Origin: an uncultured Acidobacteriota bacterium
Lineage (GTDB): Bacteria; Acidobacteriota; Thermoanaerobaculia; Multivoradales; UBA5704
NCBI GenBank assembly: GCA_963770895.1
Contig: CAVYRF010000002.1
Location: forward strand, 4,352,001 to 4,416,000
DNA length: 64,000 bases
Reading direction: 5' to 3'
Below the pieces are notes generated by a model. The model had not been told where the DNA came from and ran no database searches. It worked only from the letters and a program-made list of their open reading frames with translations. The translations under genes were made by a program, and so were the position numbers. This document shows positions 9,844 through 19,342 of this stretch, in pieces. Each line of letters opens with the position of its first letter. Position 1 is the first letter of the stretch.

Positions 9844-11313
9844 ATGAGCTCGCTGCCTGTAGCGACGCTGCCGGCGCACGGCCTGGCCAGCTTCTGGGAC
9901 GAGACGCGCCTGCGCGCCGACGAGGCCAGGTCGGCCACCGTCCGGCCCGCCGCCGAAACGGTGTCCTGGCGCATCGCGCTCGAAGACGTCCTCAAGATCG
10001 GCTATGGGATCCAGACGCAGTCGTGGGTCGTGGCGGGCGCCCGGCGGCGCATCGTGTGGCGCACCGTGCCGTCGGCCGGCGGGCTCTATCCGTTCGAGGT
10101 GATCGCCAATGTCTTCGGCGACGCCGCCTACCTCTGGGACGTGGACGCGGCGCGGTTGGTGCCGCTCGACCGCGAGCCGCTGTCGCGCGCCGACGTCGCG
10201 GCGGCCGGCATCGTCGACGATCCGGGCGCCCCCCTGGCGGCGCTGCTGATCCTGGTCGCCCGTCCCTGGCTGAGCATGGTCAAGTACCGCCGGCGCGGCT
10301 ACACCTACACGCACCTGGACGTGGGCCACGTGACCACCAACCTGGCGCTCTACACGACGGCCCTGGGCTACGCTCCGGCCGTCCACCTGCGCTTCCGCCG
10401 CGTCGCCCTGGCCGAGCGCCTGCAGCTCGCCGGGCTCTGCCGCGAGCCGCTGGCGGTGCTCTCCTTCGCCGGCGACGAAGCGGGCGTGGTCGCGCCGGTC
10501 GGGCCGGAAGCCGCGGCCGGCGCCGAGCGCCGCGGCCTGGCGCCGCCCGACCTGCCCGAGATCCTGGCCTGGGAGTCGCTGGAAGGCATCCGCTCGTTCG
10601 AGGGCGCGCCGGCGCCGCCGGCCGCGGCCGAGAGCACACCGCTGCTGGCGGAGCCGGTGGGGATCGACAACCCGGTCTCCCTGCCGCTGCCCGCCGGCAG
10701 TCCCCTGTCCTGGGCCGCGGCGCAGCTGCGCGCGGCGATCCTGCGCCGCCGTTCGGCCAAGGGCTTCCGCGGCGAATCGCTCAGCCTGACGCAGATCGGG
10801 CGGTTGCTTGCCGCCGTGCGGACCGCCGGACTGGTGACCGACTGTCCCGCCGACGAGGCCGTGCGGCTGGGCGTGCGCCTGGTGGCGACCGACGTCGAGG
10901 GTCTGGCCGGCGTCTTCGCCTACTCGCCGGAGAACCACGCCCTGCATCAGCTCGGCGGTTTGACCCACGATCCCCACACGGCCTGCATGCGGCAGGAGAT
11001 CGCCAGGAAAATGTCGGCCCTGGTGGTCCTCCACGCGCCGCTCTCCCAGCTGCTCGAACGGCGGGGGCACGCGGCCTTCGCCGAGCTGCACTTCCGCGCC
11101 GGCGAGCTCGGCCAGCACCTGCACCTGGCGGCGGCGCGGCTGGGCATCGGCATCACCTGCCTGGGCGGCTTCGACGGGCACCGCTGTGCCGCGCTCGCCT
11201 ACCTCGAGGGCGGCGAAGAGGTGGTCTACGTGCTGCTGCTCGGCGCGGCCGACGAGTCGGCGACCAAGCACGACCGGCTGAGCGTCGCCTTCAGTCACGG
11301 GTATTCGACCTAG
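9844..11313 (+). CDS. Tandem nitroreductase / SagB-ThcOx-like FMN oxidoreductase
   Basis: RTVPSAGGLYPFEV and KYRRRGYTYTHLDVGH in the first half; RRRSAKGF and AGELGQHLHLAA...LGGFD in the second half. Confidence 0.85.
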   Translation: MSSLPVATLPAHGLASFWDETRLRADEARSATVRPAAETVSWRIALEDVLKIGYGIQTQSWVVAGARRRIVWRTVPSAGGLYPFEVIANVFGDAAYLWDVDAARLVPLDREPLSRADVAAAGIVDDPGAPLAALLILVARPWLSMVKYRRRGYTYTHLDVGHVTTNLALYTTALGYAPAVHLRFRRVALAERLQLAGLCREPLAVLSFAGDEAGVVAPVGPEAAAGAERRGLAPPDLPEILAWESLEGIRSFEGAPAPPAAAESTPLLAEPVGIDNPVSLPLPAGSPLSWAAAQLRAAILRRRSAKGFRGESLSLTQIGRLLAAVRTAGLVTDCPADEAVRLGVRLVATDVEGLAGVFAYSPENHALHQLGGLTHDPHTACMRQEIARKMSALVVLHAPLSQLLERRGHAAFAELHFRAGELGQHLHLAAARLGIGITCLGGFDGHRCAALAYLEGGEEVVYVLLLGAADESATKHDRLSVAFSHGYST

Positions 11314-11348
11314 TGGCCAGCCCAGATCACTCACATCCGGGCAGCGCC

Positions 11349-12515
11349 ATGGAGAGTGCGCTGCTGGATCACCCGGCTTTCGGGCGGCATTTCACCGCCG
11401 GGCACCGCGAGCTGCGCGCCCGCGCCCGCGGCTACTTCGTGCCCGAGCGGCTGGGCGGCTGGCTGGGCGGGCCGGGCGGCCACCTGGTCAAGGCGCAGTG
11501 GGAAGCCTTCGGCCGGGAAGGCTTCCTGGGCGTGTCGCTGCCGCGCGCCGACGGCGGCCAGGGGCTGGGCCTGCTCGGCGCGCTGATCCTGTCCGAGGCG
11601 ACGGCGGCGCTCGGCGACCTGGGGATCTCCCTGGGGCTGCACTGCCAGAGCGAGATCACCGGCGCCTGGCTGGCGACGGCGCACGACCCGGCGGTGGCCG
11701 GCGCCTACCTTCCCGGCATGATCGCCGGCCGGCTGGTCGGCTGCGCCTGCGACACCGAGCCGGGCGGCGGCATGGAGGCGACGGCGGTGCGCGACGGCGA
11801 CCAGGTGGTGGTGCGCGCGCGCAAGCTGTACGTCATCAACGGCGCCAACGCCGACCTCTGCTTCGTGACCGTGCGGCTCGACGGCGAGATGGCGACGGTG
11901 CTGGTGGAAAAGGATCGTCCCGGCGTGCGGGTCGAAAAGGTTTTCGACAAGCTCGGCACCCGGTCGATCGATTCGGCCATGCTTCACTTCGACGATGTGC
12001 GCGTGCCGGCGGTCAACCTCTCGGGCAAGCGAGGCGTCCGCCAGCTGATGCAGTGGAACAAGGTGATGACGGCGGCGCGGTTCCTGATGTGCGCCGACGC
12101 CTGCCTGCTGCACCAGCAGCTGCTGGGGCGCATGCTGCGCTACGGCAGGCGGCGGAGCGTCGGCGGCCGCCCGCTGGCGGACTGGCCGCTGCAACGCCAC
12201 GCCCTGGCGCGTGCCGCCGCCGACCAGCAGCTGATGCGCGCCGGGCTGATCGACGGCTTCGAGCGGCTGGAGCAGGGGCAGAACGCGGTGGCCCAGGTGG
12301 CCGCTCTCAAGTGGTTCTGCGTCAGCCGCACCGCGGCCTTCGCCGCGCACTGCGCGGAAACGCAAGGCGGCGCCGGGTACATGTGGGACAGCGCCTTCCT
12401 GCGCGCGCAGGCGCAGATCGCCGGCCTCAAGATGGCGGGCGGCAGCCTGACCACCATGGCCGCCATCGCCGGCCAGGCCTTCGCCTACCGCGAGGAGATC
12501 GAGGCGGTGGGATGA
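11349..12515 (+). CDS. Acyl-CoA/acyl-ACP dehydrogenase family protein
   Basis: TEPGGG, KLYVINGANAD, KLGTRSIDSAMLHFDDVRVP, QGGAGYM motifs. Confidence 0.9.
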   Translation: MESALLDHPAFGRHFTAGHRELRARARGYFVPERLGGWLGGPGGHLVKAQWEAFGREGFLGVSLPRADGGQGLGLLGALILSEATAALGDLGISLGLHCQSEITGAWLATAHDPAVAGAYLPGMIAGRLVGCACDTEPGGGMEATAVRDGDQVVVRARKLYVINGANADLCFVTVRLDGEMATVLVEKDRPGVRVEKVFDKLGTRSIDSAMLHFDDVRVPAVNLSGKRGVRQLMQWNKVMTAARFLMCADACLLHQQLLGRMLRYGRRRSVGGRPLADWPLQRHALARAAADQQLMRAGLIDGFERLEQGQNAVAQVAALKWFCVSRTAAFAAHCAETQGGAGYMWDSAFLRAQAQIAGLKMAGGSLTTMAAIAGQAFAYREEIEAVG

Positions 12516-14005
12516 GCGAAGCCCCGGCGGCCGCCTCCGCCCCCGTCACCGGCCCGGAACCCGGCGTGCTGAGCGCGGCGATGCGCGGCTGTTGCGTCCT
12601 TCATGCCGCGCGCACCGCGGTGGTGAGCCCGGCGGCGGCGCTCTCCTATGCCGAGCTGGGCGAGCGCATCGAGACGGCGGCAGGCCTGCTGGCGGCGACC
12701 CTGGGCGGTTCGTCGCACCTGGGCTTCTGCCTGGGCAACCGGCCAGAGTACGTCGTCCTCTACTTCGCCGCGCTGCGCGCCGGCCACCTGCCGCTGCTGC
12801 TCGACGCCAACTTCAACTCCGGCGAGATCGAGGCGATCCGCGCCGATTGCGGTCTGGACGCGCTGGTCGTCGAGGCGGACAAGGGGGCGCGGCTCGACGT
12901 CCCTGGCAAAGGCGAGCCGGCGCCGTTCCAAGGCGACGTCGTGCTGCTGCCTTTGGCGAGCGACGCTCCGCCGCGCTTCCGGCGCCGGCCGGCCACCGAG
13001 GTCTGCCGCTTCACCTCCGGCACCACCGGCCGGCCCAAGTGCCTGGAATTCAGCGGCCACGCGGTGGTCGCGGCGGCGCGGCACTGGGTGGCAGGCACCG
13101 GCATGGGCGCCGCGGACCGCACGCTGTGCCTGGCGGCGCTGTCCAACGGCCTGGCCTTCAACACCTCGCTGCTGGCGACCTTCCTGGCCGGCGGCGAGCT
13201 GCACTTCGCGGCCGGCCCGCCCCTGACCCGCACCGTGGCGCGCCGCATCGCCGAATCGCGGATCACCCGGCTGGTCGCCTTCCCCACCCTCTATCGCAAC
13301 TTCGTCGCCGCCGGCGGTCCCGACCCGGCAGCCATGGCCAGCCTGGAGCACGCGATCTCGGCCGGCGCGCCGCTCTGGCCCGACGTCCGCGACGAGTTCC
13401 GCACGCTGTACGGGCTCGACATCTCCGACTACTACGGCATCGCCGAGACCGGCCCCTGCACCTTCGAGCGCGACCCCGGCCACGGCAGCGGCCTGGGCGA
13501 GCCGCTGCCGGGAGCGGAGATCCGCATCGATCCCAGCGGCGAGGTGCTGGTGCGCACCGAGTCGATGACCAGCGGCTATCTGAACCATCCCGGCCTGTTC
13601 GAGAGCCGCCTGGACGCGGACGGGTTCTATCGCTCCGGCGACCGGGGGCGCCTGGTCGATGGGCGGCTCCACCTGGTCGGCCGGACGCAGGACCACATCA
13701 ACGTCGCGGGGCGCAAGATCGATCCCGCCGAAATCGTCGCGCTGGTCTCGACGCTGCCCGGGGTGGCGGACGCCGTCGCCTTCGCCGACGAGGACCTCAA
13801 CAAGGAGACCGTGGTGCACCTGGCGGTGGTCGCCACCGACCCCCAGGTGACCAAGGCCTCCGTGGCCGCGGTCTGCCGGTCGCGCCTCGCACCCTATAAG
13901 ATCCCGGGCCTGATCAGCTTCGTGCAGGAGATCCCGCGCAACGGCATCGGCAAACCGCGGATCGTCGCGCTGCGCGAGCAGCTGCGGGCGCCGGGCGCCG
14001 CCTGA
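12512..14005 (+). CDS. Stand-alone adenylate-forming enzyme (acyl-/aminoacyl-ACP ligase)
   Basis: FTSGTTGRPK, YYGIAETG, YRSGDRG, IPRNGIGK; ATGA overlap; followed by an ACP. Confidence 0.9.
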   Translation: MSEAPAAASAPVTGPEPGVLSAAMRGCCVLHAARTAVVSPAAALSYAELGERIETAAGLLAATLGGSSHLGFCLGNRPEYVVLYFAALRAGHLPLLLDANFNSGEIEAIRADCGLDALVVEADKGARLDVPGKGEPAPFQGDVVLLPLASDAPPRFRRRPATEVCRFTSGTTGRPKCLEFSGHAVVAAARHWVAGTGMGAADRTLCLAALSNGLAFNTSLLATFLAGGELHFAAGPPLTRTVARRIAESRITRLVAFPTLYRNFVAAGGPDPAAMASLEHAISAGAPLWPDVRDEFRTLYGLDISDYYGIAETGPCTFERDPGHGSGLGEPLPGAEIRIDPSGEVLVRTESMTSGYLNHPGLFESRLDADGFYRSGDRGRLVDGRLHLVGRTQDHINVAGRKIDPAEIVALVSTLPGVADAVAFADEDLNKETVVHLAVVATDPQVTKASVAAVCRSRLAPYKIPGLISFVQEIPRNGIGKPRIVALREQLRAPGAA

Positions 14006-14035
14006 GGCGGCGGCACACCAGGAAAGGACTGCCGG

Positions 14036-14311
14036 ATGAGCGACGAGGACCTCCAGGCCATCAAGCAACGGGTGCAGCGCATCGTCTTTCTGGCCGCGGG
14101 GGGGAAGATCAGCGAAGCGGACCTGGCGAAGTCCGACGCCGACCTGCGCGAGATCGGGCTCGATTCGCTCGGCTATCTCAACCTGCTCGAGGGCCTGGAG
14201 CGGACCTTCGGCGTCAGCATCGACCTGGACCAGGAGGCCAGCCATCACTTCCTGCACACCATCGACAACCTGGTGAGCTACCTGGCGGCGCGACGGGGGC
14301 CGGTGGCGTGA
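14036..14311 (+). CDS. Acyl carrier protein
   Basis: IGLDSL motif, 91 aa, AAAGGA RBS. Confidence 0.92.
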   Translation: MSDEDLQAIKQRVQRIVFLAAGGKISEADLAKSDADLREIGLDSLGYLNLLEGLERTFGVSIDLDQEASHHFLHTIDNLVSYLAARRGPVA

Positions 14312-15612
14312 CCGGCACGCCGGTGAGCGCGCCCGCCACGCCTGCCGGCAGTGCAGGCGGCGCAGGCAGCGCGGGCGCCGCCGGCGCCGACGCCGGGCTG
14401 GCGGCGGCCGCCAGGGCTCTGGCCGAGGGCTGCGGCACCGGCGCCGCCGACTTGGTAGATTGCGCGTCGCCCCGCGAATGGGTCGAAAGCCTGGCCACCA
14501 CGTTGCCGGCCGTCGCGGCGGCCGCCGTCATCGAGCACCTGTTCGGCGTCCTGCCCCTGGTCGCGGGCTTCTTCGCCCCGGCGCCCTGGTGCGCCGACGT
14601 CGCCGCCGGGCGCAGCCTTGCCGCGCTCGGCCTCTTCACCCCCGATCCCGAGCTGCGCTGGGGCGCCGTCGCCGGCCAGGCCGCGGCCACAGCCGCGGCT
14701 GGCGATCAGGCCGCGGCGGAGCCCGCGGCGGACGGTAGGGCTGCGGGAGAGCCCGCGGTGGGCGGTACGGCTGCGCCGGAGGCCGCGGCGGGCTACCGGC
14801 TGAGCGGCACGGTTCGCTTGGCAGGGTGCCCTGGGGGCGGCGTTCTGGTCCTGGTGCGGAGCGGAGAGGAGCACCGGCTGGCCTGGGTGGACGCCGGCGT
14901 GTCCGGCGTCGAGTGGCACGGCCAGGGACCTTGCCGCGCCGCCATGGCCGGGGCGGCGGTCGGCGCCGACTGCGTTTCGCGGCCGGTGACGGTCACGTCC
15001 GGCGGCGAGCTGTGGACGCACCTGGCGCGCTATGCGAGCCTTTGGGGCCTGGCGGCCTCGATCTGGGCGCGGCACGGTGTCCTCGCCCTGCGCCGGGCTG
15101 CCAGGGCGCCGCGGGCCGGCGAGCCGCGCTGGAGCGCCGCGCAGCTGGTGGCCACCGCTGTCACCGAGGTCGAGATCGAAGCCGAGCTTGCCGCCACGGC
15201 CCTGCGCATCCACTTTGCCACGGCCGCCGGCCAGGCCGCCCGCGGTGCCGGCGCCGATGGCGCCCATGGCTCCGATGGCGCCCATAGCTCCGATGGCGCC
15301 CATGGCCCTGATGGCCCCGATGGCGCCGATGACGCCGACCTTGCCATTGCAGTCGGCGCCGCCCGCGCGCTGGCGGCGGTCGCGGCGTGCACGGTCGAGT
15401 TGCGCGACCGCCTGGGGCTCGCCGTCGAAGGGCCTCTGGCCGACGGCCTGCCGGGGCCGCTCGCCGCTTCCCTGGGCGGGGTGCTGATGCTCGAAAGCGA
15501 GCTCGCCGCGCAGCTCGACCGGCTGGTGGTGGGCGACGTCGCGGCGGTCATGGCGACCGCGGTGACCGCGGTGACCGCGGCGCCGGCGGCGCCGGAGGAT
15601 GCCGGGCGATGA
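14308..15612 (+). CDS. Degenerate acyl-CoA dehydrogenase-like protein
   Basis: GYRLSGTV middle-domain motif, helical C-terminus, start and stop overlaps on both sides; low-complexity inserts. Confidence 0.55.
   Translation: MTGTPVSAPATPAGSAGGAGSAGAAGADAGLAAAARALAEGCGTGAADLVDCASPREWVESLATTLPAVAAAAVIEHLFGVLPLVAGFFAPAPWCADVAAGRSLAALGLFTPDPELRWGAVAGQAAATAAAGDQAAAEPAADGRAAGEPAVGGTAAPEAAAGYRLSGTVRLAGCPGGGVLVLVRSGEEHRLAWVDAGVSGVEWHGQGPCRAAMAGAAVGADCVSRPVTVTSGGELWTHLARYASLWGLAASIWARHGVLALRRAARAPRAGEPRWSAAQLVATAVTEVEIEAELAATALRIHFATAAGQAARGAGADGAHGSDGAHSSDGAHGPDGPDGADDADLAIAVGAARALAAVAACTVELRDRLGLAVEGPLADGLPGPLAASLGGVLMLESELAAQLDRLVVGDVAAVMATAVTAVTAAPAAPEDAGR
15256..15336 (+). repeat. In-frame 18-bp tandem repeat (DGAHGS/DGAHSS/DGAHGP)
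   Basis: gatggcgcccatggctcc-type units read directly. Confidence 0.8.
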
Positions 15613-16325
15613 ACATCGCCCTTGTCGGCTACGGCCGGATGGGGCAGGTTGTCGAGGAGGTGGCGGCGACGCAGGGGGTGGGGTGCGTCGCGCACTTCGA
15701 CCGCAGCCGCCCCTTGGCGGCCGACGGCTCCGCCCGCCAGGCTCTGCAGGACGTCGCGGTGCTGATCGACTTTTCCGTGCCGGACGCGGTCGCCGGCACG
15801 GTGCGCGCGGCGGGCGAGCTGGGCATCCCCTTGGTGATCGGCACGACCGGCTGGCACGCCCAGCTGGACGACGTCCGCGCCGCCGTTCTGGCCTCGCGTG
15901 CCGGGGTCGTGCACGGCGCCAACTTTTCGCTCGGCGTCAACGTCTTCTACCGGCTCGCCGAGCAGGCCGCCCGGCTGCTGGCAGGCTTCGACGGCTACGA
16001 CCCGTTCATTCAGGATTGGCACCCGCGCACCAAGCGCGACGCTCCGTCGGGCACGGCGCTGGAAGTCCAGCGGCGGATGGCGCGCCACCTGGGCCAACGG
16101 GAGGTGCCCATCACCTGCACCCGCTCCGGTTACGTCCCTTCGGAGCACAGGGTCGGTTTCGACTCGGAGGCCGACACCCTCGTCATCGAGCACCGGGCGC
16201 GCAACCGGCGAGGCCTGGCCGCCGGAGCGCTGCTCGCCGCGCGGTGGATCGCCGGCCGGTCCGGCTTCTACGACTTCCAGGACGTCATGGCCGACGTCCT
16301 GCCGGGGGACGGCACGCCGGGCTGA
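15609..16325 (+). CDS. dapB: 4-hydroxy-tetrahydrodipicolinate reductase-like protein
   Basis: GYGRMG, IDFS, VIGTTG, NFSLGVN, KRDAPSGTA, HRARNRRGLAAGA. Confidence 0.85.
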   Translation: MNIALVGYGRMGQVVEEVAATQGVGCVAHFDRSRPLAADGSARQALQDVAVLIDFSVPDAVAGTVRAAGELGIPLVIGTTGWHAQLDDVRAAVLASRAGVVHGANFSLGVNVFYRLAEQAARLLAGFDGYDPFIQDWHPRTKRDAPSGTALEVQRRMARHLGQREVPITCTRSGYVPSEHRVGFDSEADTLVIEHRARNRRGLAAGALLAARWIAGRSGFYDFQDVMADVLPGDGTPG

Positions 16326-16350
16326 GGCCCACGGCGTCCCTGCGCTCGCC

Positions 16351-16734
16351 ATGCCGCTTGAAACCCTCTGCGCCGGGCTCGACGCCGCAGCGACCCGCAC
16401 GGTGACGCTGGACATGAGCCCGCCGCACGTGCGGGGGATCCTTGCGACCTCGCGGTTGATCGGTCTGTGTGAGGACACCTGTCTGGAGCTGCTCGATCGC
16501 CACCTTTGCGCCGGCGAAACTTCGCTCGGCACCCGCGTCGACTTTCAGCACATCGGCGTCGCCTGGGCCGGCGACGAGATCAGCATCCGCGTCCACCTGA
16601 CGCGCGTCACCCAGAAGCGCCTGCTCACCTTCGCGGTCGAGGTGGAGGCTCCCGGAGGCCTGGTCAGCACCGGCACCCATCAGCGCCTGATCGTCGATCG
16701 CGCGCGCTTCGCCCGCTCCGCCGCCCCCGCTTGA
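16351..16734 (+). CDS. Hotdog-fold thioesterase, FlK-like
   Basis: ILATSRLIGLCEDTC, SLGTRVDFQH, GTHQRLIVD match the FlK family pattern with Thr/Glu/His positions. Confidence 0.8.
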   Translation: MPLETLCAGLDAAATRTVTLDMSPPHVRGILATSRLIGLCEDTCLELLDRHLCAGETSLGTRVDFQHIGVAWAGDEISIRVHLTRVTQKRLLTFAVEVEAPGGLVSTGTHQRLIVDRARFARSAAPA

Positions 16735-16813
16735 CCGGCGCCTGGAGTCGGCGCGCCTGTGGGCCCCGGGGCCGGGGCGCGCGTCGGGCCGGCCGGGCGG
16801 CGGCAATCGCCGC

Positions 16814-19255
16814 GTGATACGTATACAGCGCATGCGTTCACGCTGGCTCGCCGCGAGCCTGCCCGCCGCTCTCCTGCTGGTCTTCGCCTGGCGCGGTGTG
16901 CTCGCCATGCACGCGGACGGCGCCACCGTCGACGAAGCGTCGCACCTGGGCTACGGCGAGCGCGCGCTGTCGGAGGGGACGTTCCTGCGCACGCGCGAGC
17001 TCAATTCCAAGATGCCGGTGTCGGCGCTCAACGCCATGCCGGTCGTGATCGCGCGGCATTGGCGGCCGGGGCTGGCATGGCCGGCGGCGCTGTTCGTGGC
17101 CCGTCTGCCGTCGCTGCTGCTCGGCGTGCTGCTGGGCTGGTTGATCTGGCTGTGGGCGCGGGCTCTGTTTGGCTGCTGGAGCGGCATCCTGGCCCTCTTC
17201 CTGTACAGCTTCTGTCCCAACGTGCTGGCGCACACCCATCTGGTGACGACCGATATCTCGACGGCCCTGGCGATGTTCGCCGCCGTGTTCTTCCTGTGGC
17301 GCTACCGGCAGCGGCCCGGTCGCGGGCGGTTGTGGGCCGCCGCCGCGGTGTTCGGGGCGGCGCAGCTGACCAAGGCGACGGCGCTGCTGCTGGCGCCGCT
17401 GTTCGGCGCGATCCTGTTGGTCGGCGCGCTGCGCCAGGTGATGCTGCAGGAGGGCGCGGCGGCGGGCGCCGGACCGGCGGGCGGCGGGGCAGCGGAGGAC
17501 GGGGCAGCGGAGGACGGAGCCGCAGACGGCGGGGCAGCGGATGGCGGAGCGGTAGACGGCGGGGCAGCGGAGGACGGGGCGGTAGACGGCGGGGCAGCGG
17601 AGGACGGGGCCGCAGACGGCGGGGCAGCGGAGGACGGGGCAGCAGACGGCGGGGCAGCGGATGGCGGAGCGGTAGACGGCGGGAGGACGGGGCGCAGGGG
17701 CGCCGGCGGCGCGCGCGTGGGGGAGCGGGCGCGCCGGCTGGGTGCCGAGCTGTGGCGGAGCGCGCCGCTGGCGGCTGCCTGCGCGGTCGCCGCGGTGGTG
17801 GCGCTCAACCTGGGGTTTGCCGGCGAAGGCACGTTCACTCCGCTGCGCCGGTATGCCTTCATCAGCGACAGCTTCCAGTCGCTCGCCAGGGTGCCGGTGG
17901 TGCGCGACCTGCCGCTGCCGCTCCCCTACGCCTACGTCCAGGGGCTGGACATGGTGGCCTACGATTCGCGGGCGCCGGGCTGGAGCTACCTCCATGGGCA
18001 GTACAGCCAGCACGGCTTCGCCGCGTACTTTCTGCTGGCGCTGCTGGTCAAGGTGCCGCTCGGCACGCAGCTGCTGGCGGCGCTGGCGCTGGGGCTGTGC
18101 CTGGCGGGGCGGGCGCGCGCGCCGGGCGGCGAGGAGTTTCTGGCCGTTCCGGTGTTGCTGCTGCTGGCCTACTTCACCCTGGCGTTCAAGCTGGATATCG
18201 GCGTGCGCTACGTGCTGCCGGTGCTGCCGTTCCTGTTCGTCTTCAGCTCCCGCGTCGCAGCCAGGCCGCGGGGACGGGCGGGCGCGCCGGCTGGCGCGGA
18301 TGCAGCGGCGCAGTTTGCCGAGGGGGTCAACGCGCTCCGCCGGGCGGCGGCGCCGCGCTGGCTGGCGCCGGCGGCGGGCGCGCTGGCGCTGTGGGTGGCC
18401 CTTGCGTCCTGGTCGGTCCATCCGCACTACCTGGTCTATTTCAACGAGCTGGCGGGGGGCCCGGACAACGGCTGGCGCTGGCTGATCGATTCCAACCAGG
18501 ATTGGGGCCAGGACAGCGAGCGCGTGCGCCAGGTCTACGTCCCAAGCAGCCCGGTGCACGTGTTCGTCGACCCTGGCGGGCCGCTCGTCGGGCGCATCGC
18601 CGTCGGGATTTCCAACCTTGTCGGGCGCGACCCTGCGGCCGCGGCGCGCATGGCCTGGCTGCGCGACAACTTCAAGCCGATCGCGGTGATCGGCGGCTCC
18701 TGGAAGGTCTTCGACGTGCACGAAGACGACCTGGCGCGCTGCTGCGCCGGACTGCCGCGCGTCCAGGTGATCGACGACCTGGCGAGCGACCTGGCGCCGG
18801 GCGGCCAAGTGGTCGGCGGCGGCGACGGGGTGAACGTGCGCTACCTGGAGCAGCTGAACGACGGCCTGCTCGGCGTCGGCGCGCCGCTGGACGCGGTGCG
18901 CACGGCGCCGGTGCAACCGCACCCGGTGCGTGCCTGGTTCGGCGTCGTCTGGCCGGGAGACCGCATCGTCGCGCGCGTCGTGGCCTATCCGGGGTTTTCC
19001 ATCCGCGAACCCGCAGCCCGCCGCTTTCTGGCCCTCGACTACGTATTCCAGCTGTGGGACGGAGCCGCGTGGCACGACCTTCCCGGCACCCGTCAGCACG
19101 ACAACCAGCAGCTTCGCCTGGAGCACCGCTTTGCACCTCGCGCCATGCGCGGCATCCGCCTGGTGATCGAACGCGAGCGCAACGACCAGGGCACCCTGGA
19201 ACCGGGCGGCGGCTACCGCGCCGCCTGCCTGGAGCTGGCCGCCTACCCGCAGTAG
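16814..19255 (+). CDS. GT-C (ArnT/PMT-like) membrane glycosyltransferase with C-terminal discoidin-like domain
   Basis: TVDEASH, PNVLAHTHLVTTD, many TM segments, DSNQDWGQD; C-terminal beta-sandwich (YVFQLWDGAAW...RGIRLVI). Confidence 0.8.
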   Translation: MIRIQRMRSRWLAASLPAALLLVFAWRGVLAMHADGATVDEASHLGYGERALSEGTFLRTRELNSKMPVSALNAMPVVIARHWRPGLAWPAALFVARLPSLLLGVLLGWLIWLWARALFGCWSGILALFLYSFCPNVLAHTHLVTTDISTALAMFAAVFFLWRYRQRPGRGRLWAAAAVFGAAQLTKATALLLAPLFGAILLVGALRQVMLQEGAAAGAGPAGGGAAEDGAAEDGAADGGAADGGAVDGGAAEDGAVDGGAAEDGAADGGAAEDGAADGGAADGGAVDGGRTGRRGAGGARVGERARRLGAELWRSAPLAAACAVAAVVALNLGFAGEGTFTPLRRYAFISDSFQSLARVPVVRDLPLPLPYAYVQGLDMVAYDSRAPGWSYLHGQYSQHGFAAYFLLALLVKVPLGTQLLAALALGLCLAGRARAPGGEEFLAVPVLLLLAYFTLAFKLDIGVRYVLPVLPFLFVFSSRVAARPRGRAGAPAGADAAAQFAEGVNALRRAAAPRWLAPAAGALALWVALASWSVHPHYLVYFNELAGGPDNGWRWLIDSNQDWGQDSERVRQVYVPSSPVHVFVDPGGPLVGRIAVGISNLVGRDPAAAARMAWLRDNFKPIAVIGGSWKVFDVHEDDLARCCAGLPRVQVIDDLASDLAPGGQVVGGGDGVNVRYLEQLNDGLLGVGAPLDAVRTAPVQPHPVRAWFGVVWPGDRIVARVVAYPGFSIREPAARRFLALDYVFQLWDGAAWHDLPGTRQHDNQQLRLEHRFAPRAMRGIRLVIERERNDQGTLEPGGGYRAACLELAAYPQ
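17481..17680 (+). repeat. In-frame 15-bp tandem repeat encoding GGAAE/DGAAD/GGAVD
   Basis: About 13 units of g(g/a)cggggcagcgga(g/t)-like sequence. Confidence 0.85.
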
Positions 19256-19342
19256 CCTCAGGGTGGGCGGTGTTGGCGCCGCTCTGGCTGGCGCCGCCAA
19301 CACCTCGTGGGTTTGGGTTTGCTGCCGTGGCCGGTGCTTCTG

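Noticed and set aside
11310-11318. CTAGTGGCC matching the MITE family A end
   Set aside because: Only 9 bp, with no partner inverted repeat nearby.
16351-16734. Organofluorine pathway inferred from the FlK-like thioesterase
   Set aside because: The family is widespread and no fluorinase is present; an editing or release role is simpler.
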